From an uncultured Rhizobiaceae group bacterium (lineage in GTDB: Bacteria; Pseudomonadota; Alphaproteobacteria; Rhizobiales; Rhizobiaceae), in contig CALIOE010000039.1 of the NCBI GenBank assembly GCA_938044775.1, positions 1,200-65,199 on the forward strand: a stretch of DNA of 64,000 nt, in the 5' to 3' direction. A program made the translations under genes and the position numbers. Below, in pieces: positions 56,227 through 64,000 of the stretch. Under the pieces are notes generated by a model. The model saw only the letters and a list, made by a program, of their open reading frames with translations. It was not told the origin of the DNA and did no database searches. The first letter of the stretch is position 1. Each line of letters begins with the position of its first letter.

Positions 56227-57663
56227 ATGTCTTTCATTGCTGCCATTGCCGGCCGGCCCAATGTTGGGAAGTCGACCTTGTTCAACCGGCTTGCAGGCAA
56301 ACGGCTGGCACTGGTTGACGACCAACCTGGCGTGACACGTGACCGCAGGCTTGGCGATGCCCGCATCGGCGATATCAAGTTCCAGATCTTCGATACAGCG
56401 GGGCTCGAGGATGCCGACGACGCAACCCTGGAAGGAAGAATGCGGCACCAGACCGAACAAGCGATCCTCGAATCAGACGTCGTTCTGTTTCTGATCGACG
56501 CGCGTTCCGGAATAACGCCGCTCGACAAATCCTTTGCCAACATGCTGCGTCGTGCAGGAAAGCCGGTCATCTTAGTCGCCAACAAGGTCGAAGGTCGGCA
56601 GGGCGACGATGGTTTCTACGAAGCCTTTTCGATGGGGTTTGGTGAGCCAGTCGCTATTTCTGCCGAGCACGGCGACGGCATGGTCGATCTGCGTGACGCG
56701 CTGGTAGAGGCTGTGGGTGAAAAAACCGCCTTTGGAGAAGATACTCAGGAATTCGCGCTTGTATCGGATACAGATGATGATCTGTCGGATGAGCTGGTGT
56801 TCGACGATGCGGATGACGAGGCAGAAGTTGAATACGATGATACGAGGCCGATGCGTATTGCTGTTGTCGGCCGGCCTAATGCTGGAAAATCTACTCTGAT
56901 CAACCAGATGGTGGGCGAAGATCGATTGCTGACCGGGCCGGAAGCCGGAATCACGCGCGACTCAATCTCGGTCGAATGGGAATGGCGCGGCCGTAAGATC
57001 AAGCTGTTTGACACAGCCGGTATGCGCCGAAAGGCTCGCGTTCAGGAGAAGCTGGAAAAGCTGTCAGTCGCTGACGGCCTGCGGGCCATTCAATATGCGG
57101 AAGTCGTCATCATTGTCTTCGATGCGACAATCCCCTTTGAGAAACAGGATCTTCAGATCATTGATCTGATTGCGCGGGAAGGCCGGGCGCCGGTGATTGC
57201 ATTTAACAAGTGGGACCTGATCACCGACAAACAGAAGTTGCTTTCTGAATTGCATGAAAAAACCGAACGGCTGTTGCCCCAGATTCGGGGTGTTCGGACC
57301 GTGACTCTGTCAGGTCAAACCGGCAAGGGGCTCGACCGGCTCATGGAAGCTGTTCTTGATACACATCGCATCTGGAACAAGCACGTTTCAACGTCGCGCC
57401 TCAACCGCTGGCTGGGTGATGTGCAGATGTATCATCCGCCGCCAGCCGTGGCCGGGCGCCGGATCCGGTTCAAATACATCACTCAGGCGAAAACACGCCC
57501 GCCAACTTTTGTAACTCAGTGTACGCGGCCTGAAGGCCTGCCCGCATCCTATGAGCGTTATTTGCTCAATGATCTGCGCGAGACGTTCGAATTCCCTGGC
57601 GTGCCGCTTCGACTGCATATGCGCAAAGGGGACAACCCCTACGCTAAAAAGAAGCGTTTCTGA
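56227..57663 (+). CDS. der: Ribosome-assembly GTPase Der (EngA)
   Basis: Two tandem GTPase domains ([14 protein letters not shown] / DTAG / NKVE, and [14 protein letters not shown] / DTAG / NKWD) plus a KH-like C-terminus. Confidence 0.95.
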   Translation: MSFIAAIAGRPNVGKSTLFNRLAGKRLALVDDQPGVTRDRRLGDARIGDIKFQIFDTAGLEDADDATLEGRMRHQTEQAILESDVVLFLIDARSGITPLDKSFANMLRRAGKPVILVANKVEGRQGDDGFYEAFSMGFGEPVAISAEHGDGMVDLRDALVEAVGEKTAFGEDTQEFALVSDTDDDLSDELVFDDADDEAEVEYDDTRPMRIAVVGRPNAGKSTLINQMVGEDRLLTGPEAGITRDSISVEWEWRGRKIKLFDTAGMRRKARVQEKLEKLSVADGLRAIQYAEVVIIVFDATIPFEKQDLQIIDLIAREGRAPVIAFNKWDLITDKQKLLSELHEKTERLLPQIRGVRTVTLSGQTGKGLDRLMEAVLDTHRIWNKHVSTSRLNRWLGDVQMYHPPPAVAGRRIRFKYITQAKTRPPTFVTQCTRPEGLPASYERYLLNDLRETFEFPGVPLRLHMRKGDNPYAKKKRF

Positions 57664-57816
57664 CCCGCCTCTTCATTGACAATTGTGGATGAATCGCGAG
57701 GACGTGCCGCGCCTGCTGCATTCTAAACTTTTGCCAAAGTGGTTAACCCAAAATCAAGGTTAACGCTTCACTGTCTTGCTGAACAGGAGTTGCCGGGCTA
57801 ATGCAGTCCCGCGTGA

Positions 57817-59124
57817 GTGATGGAATTGGTAATGCGTACATCTTTGACCGGGGCAGACAGGGTCGAACGTATAAGCTTTGGTATTATGGCGGCTGGCCTG
57901 GCCAGTGCCGCTTTTTTTGTGGTTGGTGCAGTTGTTATGGGTGCCGGCGATGGCGAGCCCCAACATGCAACCTCTGATCACAACGCCGTTGCAACCCAGG
58001 CGAAATCCATTCCTGTGACGACCGGTGTGATCTATGCGCGTGCAGATGACGGGTCAGCAGCCATTGAGGTTGCTCCGGTGATGACCAGCATGACATTGGC
58101 GGCCGCGAATGCCCATGGCTACTTGAGCCGTGACAGCGACAGTAACAAAGGTATGCGGCAGCGTGTTAATCGATCCATGAAGGGCGACCGGGTCTTCTCG
58201 GCTGACACAACATCGAAACCACAGCAGGTTGCGCGGGCAAACCAGAAGCTGTTTGAGACGTGGAGCCTTCTTGCCGAGGGTGATGCCCAGTTCAAGAAGC
58301 GGCGGGAAATACCGGCACGGCAGTTTGTTATCCCGGAAACCGAGGTCGCTGCGGTATTCGATCCGGCCGGGCAGGCCTTTGAAGCACCAACGAGCCCAGA
58401 CACTACGCCAAAATCCTCGGCGCCGACGATTGACCTGGCCTCTCTGAAGCCTGCAGCAAAGACTGTGGCTACGATCGATAAGGAAGCCATGTTTGCCCAG
58501 GCGCGCAAGGCGGCCCGAGTGCTCTCACAACAGCAAGAAAGACTGGCAAAGAACTCATCTGGCGGTTCATCAACACTGACGGCTTATGCGCCCCAGGACG
58601 TTGATAAAGCTGAAGTTTTCAATGCTGTATTGAAACCTCAGTCGCGAGCTAAGATCCGCCTTGGCAAAGGTGATCATAAATGGGCGGCCAGAAGCCTGCC
58701 CAAAAGCACTTATGGCAAACGTCAGCGCCGCTGCCTGGCCGCAGGTATTTATTTCGAGGCAAGAGGCGAGAGCATCAAGGGACAACAGGCTGTTGCCCAG
58801 GTCATTTTGAACAGAGTGAAGAATCCGGCCTACCCCAACACTGTTTGTGGCGTGGTTTACCAGAACAAGCGCATGCGCAATGCCTGCCAGTTTTCGTTTG
58901 CCTGTGATGGCATTCGCGACCGGATCAATTCGCAAAAGAACTGGCGTGTGGCCAAGAATGTTGCCAACGACGCCATTGAAGGCAACGTCTGGCTGACTTC
59001 CGTGGGCTCGGCCAGCCACTATCATGCAACTTATGTGCGGCCACGCTGGCGCCGTTCCATGAAACGCATGACGAAAATCGGTCGCCATATTTTCTATCGC
59101 ACCTTCGGTGGCGGCTGGAGCTGA
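57817..59124 (+). CDS. SleB-type cell-wall hydrolase with a long N-terminal region
   Basis: It has an N-terminal TM segment. The C-terminal Hydrolase_2 domain reads RCLAAGIYFEARGESIKGQQAVAQVILNRVKNPAYPNTVCGVVYQ...CQFSFACDG. Confidence 0.8.
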   Translation: MMELVMRTSLTGADRVERISFGIMAAGLASAAFFVVGAVVMGAGDGEPQHATSDHNAVATQAKSIPVTTGVIYARADDGSAAIEVAPVMTSMTLAAANAHGYLSRDSDSNKGMRQRVNRSMKGDRVFSADTTSKPQQVARANQKLFETWSLLAEGDAQFKKRREIPARQFVIPETEVAAVFDPAGQAFEAPTSPDTTPKSSAPTIDLASLKPAAKTVATIDKEAMFAQARKAARVLSQQQERLAKNSSGGSSTLTAYAPQDVDKAEVFNAVLKPQSRAKIRLGKGDHKWAARSLPKSTYGKRQRRCLAAGIYFEARGESIKGQQAVAQVILNRVKNPAYPNTVCGVVYQNKRMRNACQFSFACDGIRDRINSQKNWRVAKNVANDAIEGNVWLTSVGSASHYHATYVRPRWRRSMKRMTKIGRHIFYRTFGGGWS

Positions 59125-59164
59125 TTGACTCGGCCCTCGCGCATCCATAATTTTGCGGCAATGG

Positions 59165-59188
59165 AACGGGCGGCATGCCCGTTTTTTG
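59165..59188 (+). terminator. Rho-independent terminator
   Basis: Stem AACGGGC-GGCAT-GCCCGTT followed by TTTTGC, 40 nt after the SleB-like stop. Confidence 0.7.
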
Positions 59189-59202
59189 CTTTGTGAGGAA
59201 AT

Positions 59203-59628
59203 TTGCCAGACCCGGAAAAAAATGCTGGTCGCGATGACCTGTCTGATCGTCTTGATCGGCTGAAAGACAGGCTTGACCAGACGAAAAGCCCTGAACCGCC
59301 GGTCGCAGACAAGGAAACATCCTCGGTCCAGAAGGCCAATATTGGTCAAGCCTTGCGCCTGGGCAGCGAATTTGTCGCAGGCATCGTTGTCGGGGCCGCG
59401 CTTGGTTTCGGTTTTGACAGTGTGTTTGACACGTCACCCTGGGGTTTTATCGCATTCTTCCTGCTTGGCTTTGCAGCGGCGGTCCTGAATGTCATGCGTG
59501 CGGCAGGCCTTGTCGCAGAATCCGGAATGCGCTTGAAAAACGCTCAAGAACTTGCAAAACAGCGCGAGGCGGAGACAGTCCGCAAAACCCAACCGCCGGC
59601 AAAGGGAAATCACCGGGAAAAAGACTAG
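59203..59628 (+). CDS. atpI: ATP synthase protein I (AtpI)
   Basis: Its position heads the F0 operon. Two TM helices are present (GSEFVAGIVVGAALGFGFD...WGFIAFFLLGFAAAVLNV). Confidence 0.75.
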   Translation: MPDPEKNAGRDDLSDRLDRLKDRLDQTKSPEPPVADKETSSVQKANIGQALRLGSEFVAGIVVGAALGFGFDSVFDTSPWGFIAFFLLGFAAAVLNVMRAAGLVAESGMRLKNAQELAKQREAETVRKTQPPAKGNHREKD

Positions 59629-59763
59629 GAATTTGGTGTAGATGCACGCTTCGGGCCTTGAGCCTGAGCGCTGCTTGTGCCAAACGACCTGCGCATGTCG
59701 AACATATTTTCGGCAAAAGTCATTTTCCGGCCTTGCCGGCTTAGATTTGAAGATGAGACCCCC

Positions 59764-60513
59764 GTGGCAGACGATCCAATTTCTCAGTTCAACATCTCCA
59801 AAATACTGCCCCTTGAAGTTGCGGGCTACGATATTTCATTTACCAATTCCGCGTTGTTCATGGTCGCAACAGTAGGCGTATCGGCTGCGTTTTTGATTAT
59901 GACCACCTCAGGACGCGGTCTTATTCCGACGCGGATGCAGTCGATTTCGGAAATGATCTATGAGTTTGTCGCCAGTTTGCTGCGAGAAAGCGCCGGATCG
60001 GAGGGGATGAAGTTTTTTCCCCTCGTATTTTCGCTGTTTGTGTTCATTCTGGTTGCCAATCTCTTCGGCATGTTCCCGTACTTCTTCACGATAACCAGCC
60101 ACATCATTGTGACTGCGGCACTCGCGTTTTTGGTCATTGGTCTGGTGATCGTCTACGGATTCTGGAAAAACGGCCTTGGATTTCTGAAACTCTTTGTCCC
60201 TTCTGGTGTCCCTGGCGTATTGATGCCGCTTATCGTGGCGATTGAGATCATGTCATTTATCTCTCGCCCGATCAGTCTTTCGGTTCGATTGTTTGCAAAC
60301 ATGCTGGCCGGGCACATTACTCTCAAGGTATTTGCCGGCTTTATCCCGATGCTCAGCAAACTCGGATTCGTCGGTGTGGTGGGCGCCATACTGCCGCTGG
60401 GCTTTACGGTTGCACTTACCGCTCTTGAATTTCTCGTTGCTTTTCTGCAGGCCTATGTCTTCGCGATATTGACCTGCATGTATCTCAACGATGCCATCCA
60501 CCCGTCTCACTGA
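59764..60513 (+). CDS. atpB: F0F1 ATP synthase subunit a
   Basis: The GTG start gives [11 protein letters not shown], the typical alphaproteobacterial N-terminus. The conserved segment [14 protein letters not shown] is present. The ORF opens further upstream at 59677. Confidence 0.9.
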   Translation: MADDPISQFNISKILPLEVAGYDISFTNSALFMVATVGVSAAFLIMTTSGRGLIPTRMQSISEMIYEFVASLLRESAGSEGMKFFPLVFSLFVFILVANLFGMFPYFFTITSHIIVTAALAFLVIGLVIVYGFWKNGLGFLKLFVPSGVPGVLMPLIVAIEIMSFISRPISLSVRLFANMLAGHITLKVFAGFIPMLSKLGFVGVVGAILPLGFTVALTALEFLVAFLQAYVFAILTCMYLNDAIHPSH

Positions 60514-60570
60514 GACGGCCACCCAACAACAACACCGACTTTCGGTTCCAAATTCCACAGGAGACTTAAT

Positions 60571-60807
60571 ATGGAACAGGCAATTGTAGACGCAGGTAAA
60601 TATATCGGCGCTGGTATGGCGTGCATCGGCATGGCCGGCGCGGGCGTTGGCCTCGGATCTCTTTTCGGTAACTTTCTTTCTGGTGCGCTGCGCAACCCCT
60701 CAGCTGCGGATGGCCAGTTCGGTCGCCTGATCTTCGGTTTCGCCGTGACGGAAGCGCTGGGCATCTTCTCGCTTCTGATCGCGTTGCTGCTCATCTTCGC
60801 TGTCTAA
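60571..60807 (+). CDS. atpE: F0F1 ATP synthase subunit c
   Basis: 78-aa hairpin protein with RNPS and the essential carboxylate in [10 protein letters not shown]. Confidence 0.95.
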   Translation: MEQAIVDAGKYIGAGMACIGMAGAGVGLGSLFGNFLSGALRNPSAADGQFGRLIFGFAVTEALGIFSLLIALLLIFAV

Positions 60808-60828
60808 ACAACAGTATGACTGATTTTG

Positions 60829-60861
60829 TCTGCCGGACCGGTTCGACCCGGGGCCGGCAGA
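60829..60861 (+). other. GC-rich intercistronic stem-loop between atpE and atpF'
   Basis: TCTGCCGG-(17 nt)-CCGGCAGA with further internal pairing (ACC/GGT, CCGGGG) and no T-tract. It may be an mRNA stabiliser or attenuator. Confidence 0.5.
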
Positions 60862-60881
60862 TAGAAGCTACGGAGAGCTGA

Positions 60882-61418
60882 ATGGCTTCCACGAACACAG
60901 AAACGGGCGTTCCAGGCGATCAGGGCGGTAGCGGTGTTTTTCCGCCGTTTGATTCTTCGTCTTTTGCTTCCCAACTAGTCTGGCTGGCGATCACCTTCGG
61001 CCTTTTCTATCTTCTCATGTCTCGTGTGGCGCTACCGCGTATTTCCTCAATTCTTGAAGTTCGCAGTGACCGCATCGCCCAGGATCTTGACGAAGCCAAT
61101 CGGTTGAGAGACGAATCAGACGCCGCCATTGCCGCCTATGAGCAAGAGCTGGCGGAAGCGCGCTCGCGGGCTCATGCCATCGCGCAGGAGGCCAGGGATA
61201 CCGCCAAGGCCGAAGTCGACACAAAGCGTGCAGGCGTGGAAGCAGATCTGGCGACGAAAATCGCCGATGCTGAGACCCGCATTGCCGGCATCAAGAAGAA
61301 GGCCATGGGCGAGGTCGGCAAAATTGCTGAAGAAACGACAGATGCGCTTGTCAGCGAATTGCTCGGTGGCAAAGTCACGAAAGCTGATATTGCGTCGGCC
61401 GTGAAAAGCGTGAGCTAG
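60882..61418 (+). CDS. atpF2: F0F1 ATP synthase subunit b'
   Basis: A single N-terminal TM helix is followed by a long charged coiled coil. It holds the position after atpE, as in alphaproteobacteria. Confidence 0.85.
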   Translation: MASTNTETGVPGDQGGSGVFPPFDSSSFASQLVWLAITFGLFYLLMSRVALPRISSILEVRSDRIAQDLDEANRLRDESDAAIAAYEQELAEARSRAHAIAQEARDTAKAEVDTKRAGVEADLATKIADAETRIAGIKKKAMGEVGKIAEETTDALVSELLGGKVTKADIASAVKSVS

Positions 61419-61427
61419 GAGAACAAG

Positions 61428-61913
61428 ATGCATTTCGATGCAACATTCTGGGCAACGGTAGCCCTGCTGCTGTTTTTCGTGCTCATCATCTACCTCAAGG
61501 TACCGGGTATGATGACCAAAGCCATGGACGACCGTTCAGACAAGATCCGCAATGATCTTGAGGAGGCTCGGCGACTGCGCGAAGAAGCGCAGCAGTTGCT
61601 TGCAGAGTACCAGCGCAAGCGCAAAGAAGCAGAACAAGAGGCAGAGGGAATCGTGGCCGCCGCCAAGCGCGAGGCCGAGGCTCTGACCAAGGAAGCCGAA
61701 GTCAAGACCGAGGAATACGTCAAACGCCGAACTGCTCTTGCAGAGCAGAAGATAGCACAGGCCGAGGTTCAGGCTGTTGCCGAAGTTAAGGCTTCAGCCG
61801 TAGATGTTGCCATCGACGCTGCTCAGGCGCTGATCGGCAAGAAAATGACTGGCACTGTTGCTGCCGATTCGTTCAAGAAAAGTCTCGCGGAAGTTAAGTC
61901 ACGCATGAACTGA
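61428..61913 (+). CDS. atpF: F0F1 ATP synthase subunit b
   Basis: An N-terminal TM helix (FWATVALLLFFVLIIYL) is followed by a coiled coil (EEARRLREEAQQLLAEYQRKRKEAEQEAE). Confidence 0.9.
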   Translation: MHFDATFWATVALLLFFVLIIYLKVPGMMTKAMDDRSDKIRNDLEEARRLREEAQQLLAEYQRKRKEAEQEAEGIVAAAKREAEALTKEAEVKTEEYVKRRTALAEQKIAQAEVQAVAEVKASAVDVAIDAAQALIGKKMTGTVAADSFKKSLAEVKSRMN

Positions 61914-61915
61914 CC

Positions 61916-62506
61916 ATGGTCTCGGCTGTGGGTTCGAACAACCCGGTATCGGATGACGATGCCGGGTTTTTTGTTGTGATATCCGGGTGTTCCGGCGGCG
62001 GAAAGTCGACGCTTTTACGGGAGTTCGCACGACGCGGGTATTCCGTTATTGATGAGCCCGGGCGTCGTATTGTCCGGGCGGAACTGGCCACCAAAGGACG
62101 TTGCCTCCCGTGGGTCGACCCGCTGGCCTTTGCGCAGCGGGCGATCGACATTTCCCTCCAGGATTTGCGACGGGCAGCCGCACTGCGCGGACTGGTCTTT
62201 TTCGACAGGGGGCTGATCGACGCAGCGGCTGCGTATGAACATCTCACAAAGCCAGGCGTCCTGAAGAGCCTGACCAAAGATCATCGCTATCACCGGCGGG
62301 TTTTCCTCTTGCCTCCGTGGGCTGAAATCTTTGCGACGGATGAAGAGCGCCGCCACAGTTTCGAAGATGCGGTTGAGGAATATGAACGGCTCGTGCTCGC
62401 CTACAATGCATTGGACTATGACGTGGTCATTTGCCCCAAAACAAGCATCGTCGAGCGGGTGGAGTTTGTGCTCCAGGCTTTGAGAGGGTCTGCAACAAGC
62501 CGCTGA
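61916..62506 (+). CDS. Small P-loop ATPase (AAA_28 / COG3911-like)
   Basis: Walker A motif ISGCSGGGKSTLL, plus FFDRGLIDAAAY. Confidence 0.7.
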   Translation: MVSAVGSNNPVSDDDAGFFVVISGCSGGGKSTLLREFARRGYSVIDEPGRRIVRAELATKGRCLPWVDPLAFAQRAIDISLQDLRRAAALRGLVFFDRGLIDAAAAYEHLTKPGVLKSLTKDHRYHRRVFLLPPWAEIFATDEERRHSFEDAVEEYERLVLAYNALDYDVVICPKTSIVERVEFVLQALRGSATSR

Positions 62507-62526
62507 CACAAGCGCAAGAGTCGGCT

Positions 62527-63297
62527 CTAAAAGTCGAAATCAAATTTTCGGATGAAGTTGATCTTCACGCCGAACTGGTTTTCCGAGCCAGCCGCGACAA
62601 TAGGGGAGTCGGCAGCATCGCCCGCAAGACGGTCCCATTGTACTGTTCCCTCTACTGCCCAACGGTCGGAGAAATCATGCCGCACATTGGCGGCCAGACC
62701 GTACGATTTTAAGCCTCCATCCGCGGTGTATGCCGGCAAGAATGCTGCGCCCGCCGGAACTGTGAAGTAAGCGTTAGCATAGCTCCCATCCATGAATGAT
62801 AGCTGCGGCCCGAAGGATACCTTGGTCGCTTCTGAGGGGCGCCAAAGCGCTTGTGCACCAGCTTCACCCACAAAGCCGTTGTGTCCGGTGACACCGTAAC
62901 GCCCCTGAAAGAACACGCGTGCGTAGTCCCACTCATAGGAAACAGCCACTCCGAGTTCGAGACTGGCATCAACATCGTTGATTCCGGTCAAGATCGCGTC
63001 ATCACCGACAGAACGCTCGCTGAGGTAGCGAAATGACGGCCCCACGGAAAAGCCACCATCGTCATCACCACCAAACCGGAGCGAGCCCAGGTGCAGGCTT
63101 TTGATGCGGAAGAGGACGGAAGGCCTCAGTTCATAATCGGAAGAGCCCTCATAGACAGGTGTAAGATTGCCACCTGCGCCAAGCTCGAACCGGATATGGT
63201 TACCAGTGTCAAGATCGCTCGCCGCTGCAGTGCTGATAGCAACCGTCGCAAAGCCGATTGCCGGAAGGAATGCCGGCTTCTCAAGTTTAAGTTTCAA
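62527..63297 (-). CDS. MipA/OmpV family outer-membrane protein
   Basis: The TTG start at 63297 has a GGAGA SD and gives the signal KLKLEKPAFLPAIGFATVAISTAAA. The protein has a beta-barrel pattern and a terminal Phe (RKFDFDF). The longer ORF to 63486 lacks signal-peptide logic. Confidence 0.8.
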   Translation of the reverse strand: MKLKLEKPAFLPAIGFATVAISTAAASDLDTGNHIRFELGAGGNLTPVYEGSSDYELRPSVLFRIKSLHLGSLRFGGDDDGGFSVGPSFRYLSERSVGDDAILTGINDVDASLELGVAVSYEWDYARVFFQGRYGVTGHNGFVGEAGAQALWRPSEATKVSFGPQLSFMDGSYANAYFTVPAGAAFLPAYTADGGLKSYGLAANVRHDFSDRWAVEGTVQWDRLAGDAADSPIVAAGSENQFGVKINFIRKFDFDF

Positions 63298-63874
63298 ATT
63301 GAGTCTCCAATTCGTTCCGTTACCTAGAAAACGCTCAATGGCTTCAGTTGGTCGTTGAGCCTGCGTGCCGGCGTGGCAGTGAGGAAGACAACGAACCCGT
63401 TCCTTCCGGCTTCTGCGATGCGTTTCTGCAGGCAATGGATTGCTCACGAAAACATCATAGGGCACCTGTCCAGGACGTTTCCGCAAAGCCTATGTGACCA
63501 AACTTACACCCTCGTTATCTGGTACCGTTGATTTCGGCGTTAAGACTATCGGCGCTGAAGTGCAGCAAGCCGATTGCTCACAAATGACACCCTGAGAGGT
63601 GCAAGGAAAGTGCGCAATTCAAATATTGAGCGATAATGCGGTCTGTCGTTGTCTCCGCTGTTCAATTTTTATTGTGAAGACTCCCGTTGCCGCGACACAA
63701 TCGGCGCGGGTCACAGTGCCGGACTGCTGCCAGGCCTTCTTTTTCTCGGGGAGCCGCGGTCCACAGAAGCAATTCAGGGGCGGGTGCTGAGTTAATTTAT
63801 TGAAGCTCTGTCGAATCACTCAGGCTGACCGGGCGGGGAATCATAGGCCGCAGGGCCAATCATTGCTATTGGCT

Positions 63875-64000
63875 TCAGGACTGCCGGACTGAATTCCTGT
63901 CACGTACTGCAGCTACCGGTGCGAACGTCATTCGGTGCAGAGGACAAGGCCCATAAGCATTGAGTGCTTCCATATGCGCCTTGGTGCCATAGCCTTTGTG
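63875..64000 (-). CDS. rnhB: Ribonuclease HII, C-terminal 41 codons (gene continues beyond the window)
   Basis: The minus-strand translation [41 protein letters not shown] matches the conserved RNase HII C-terminus (GYGT..H...L...GP...HR.SF.PV). Confidence 0.7.
   Translation of the reverse strand, partial: HKGYGTKAHMEALNAYGPCPLHRMTFAPVAAVRDRNSVRQS

Noticed and set aside
62527-63486. Full 319-aa ORF for the MipA-like gene
   Set aside because: The N-terminal 63 residues are Arg/Pro/His-rich and lack signal-peptide character. The TTG at 63297 has a GGAGA SD and yields a proper signal peptide, so the gene was trimmed to 62527..63297.
63690-63770. Local resemblance to the 3' part of 4.5S/SRP RNA on the plus strand (GTGCCGGACTGCTGCCAGGCC), and to the CCGGCACTGTGA segment of cobalamin riboswitches on the minus strand
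   Set aside because: The diagnostic cores are absent: the GGAAGGAAGCAGCC domain IV for SRP, and the AGGGAA / GGTG..AA..CC / GCCACTG boxes for B12. The downstream gene (MipA) has no link to B12.

Overview
This is a 64-kb chromosomal window that looks alphaproteobacterial (Rhizobiales/Rhodobacterales-like gene order, moderately high GC). I call about 65 protein genes, one tRNA, three pseudogenes and IS6-family relics.

Layout:
- 1-11.1 kb: a nitrogen/amine cluster, almost entirely on the minus strand. It runs XRE-cupin regulator, Amt transporter, 71-aa membrane protein, GlxBCD/MgsABC-like amidotransferase trio, type III glutamine-synthetase-like ligase, biotinyl::carboxyltransferase fusion, GST. 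A 5'-truncated DUF1989 gene sits at the left edge.
- 11.3-23 kb: miscellaneous genes. These are DUF3179, a racemase, an EamA exporter, a YbaN-NnrU-lactonase-like MBL-RetSat-like oxidoreductase run, an isolated two-domain cell-wall hydrolase and a PQQ sugar dehydrogenase.
- 23.2-39.05 kb: an accessory islet of regulators (2 TetR, AraC, ArsR), redox/detox enzymes and exporters. It is punctuated by four same-orientation IS6-type terminal repeats and ends 15 bp from the 3' end of tRNA-Gln(CUG). It has no integrase.
- 39.3-64 kb: core housekeeping genes. These are ppx-like, rlmE, guaB, an rsmB-like gene, tspO, guaA, der, atpI-B-E-F'-F and the rnhB 3' end. A few unusual exported or membrane proteins are interspersed.

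I see no CRISPR array, reverse transcriptase, integrase, restriction/modification genes, toxin-antitoxin pair or other recognisable defence module.

The best candidates for undescribed biology are:
- the biotin-carboxylase-less BCCP-carboxyltransferase fusion appended to the GlxBCD/GS-III cluster, which lacks N-methylglutamate dehydrogenase genes;
- the orphan glucosaminidase/YkuD-like hydrolase;
- the endostatin-like exported protein;
- the Popeye-like cNMP membrane protein.

None is compelling from sequence alone, and all interest scores are moderate. Family assignments come from motif recognition by eye, not from database searches.
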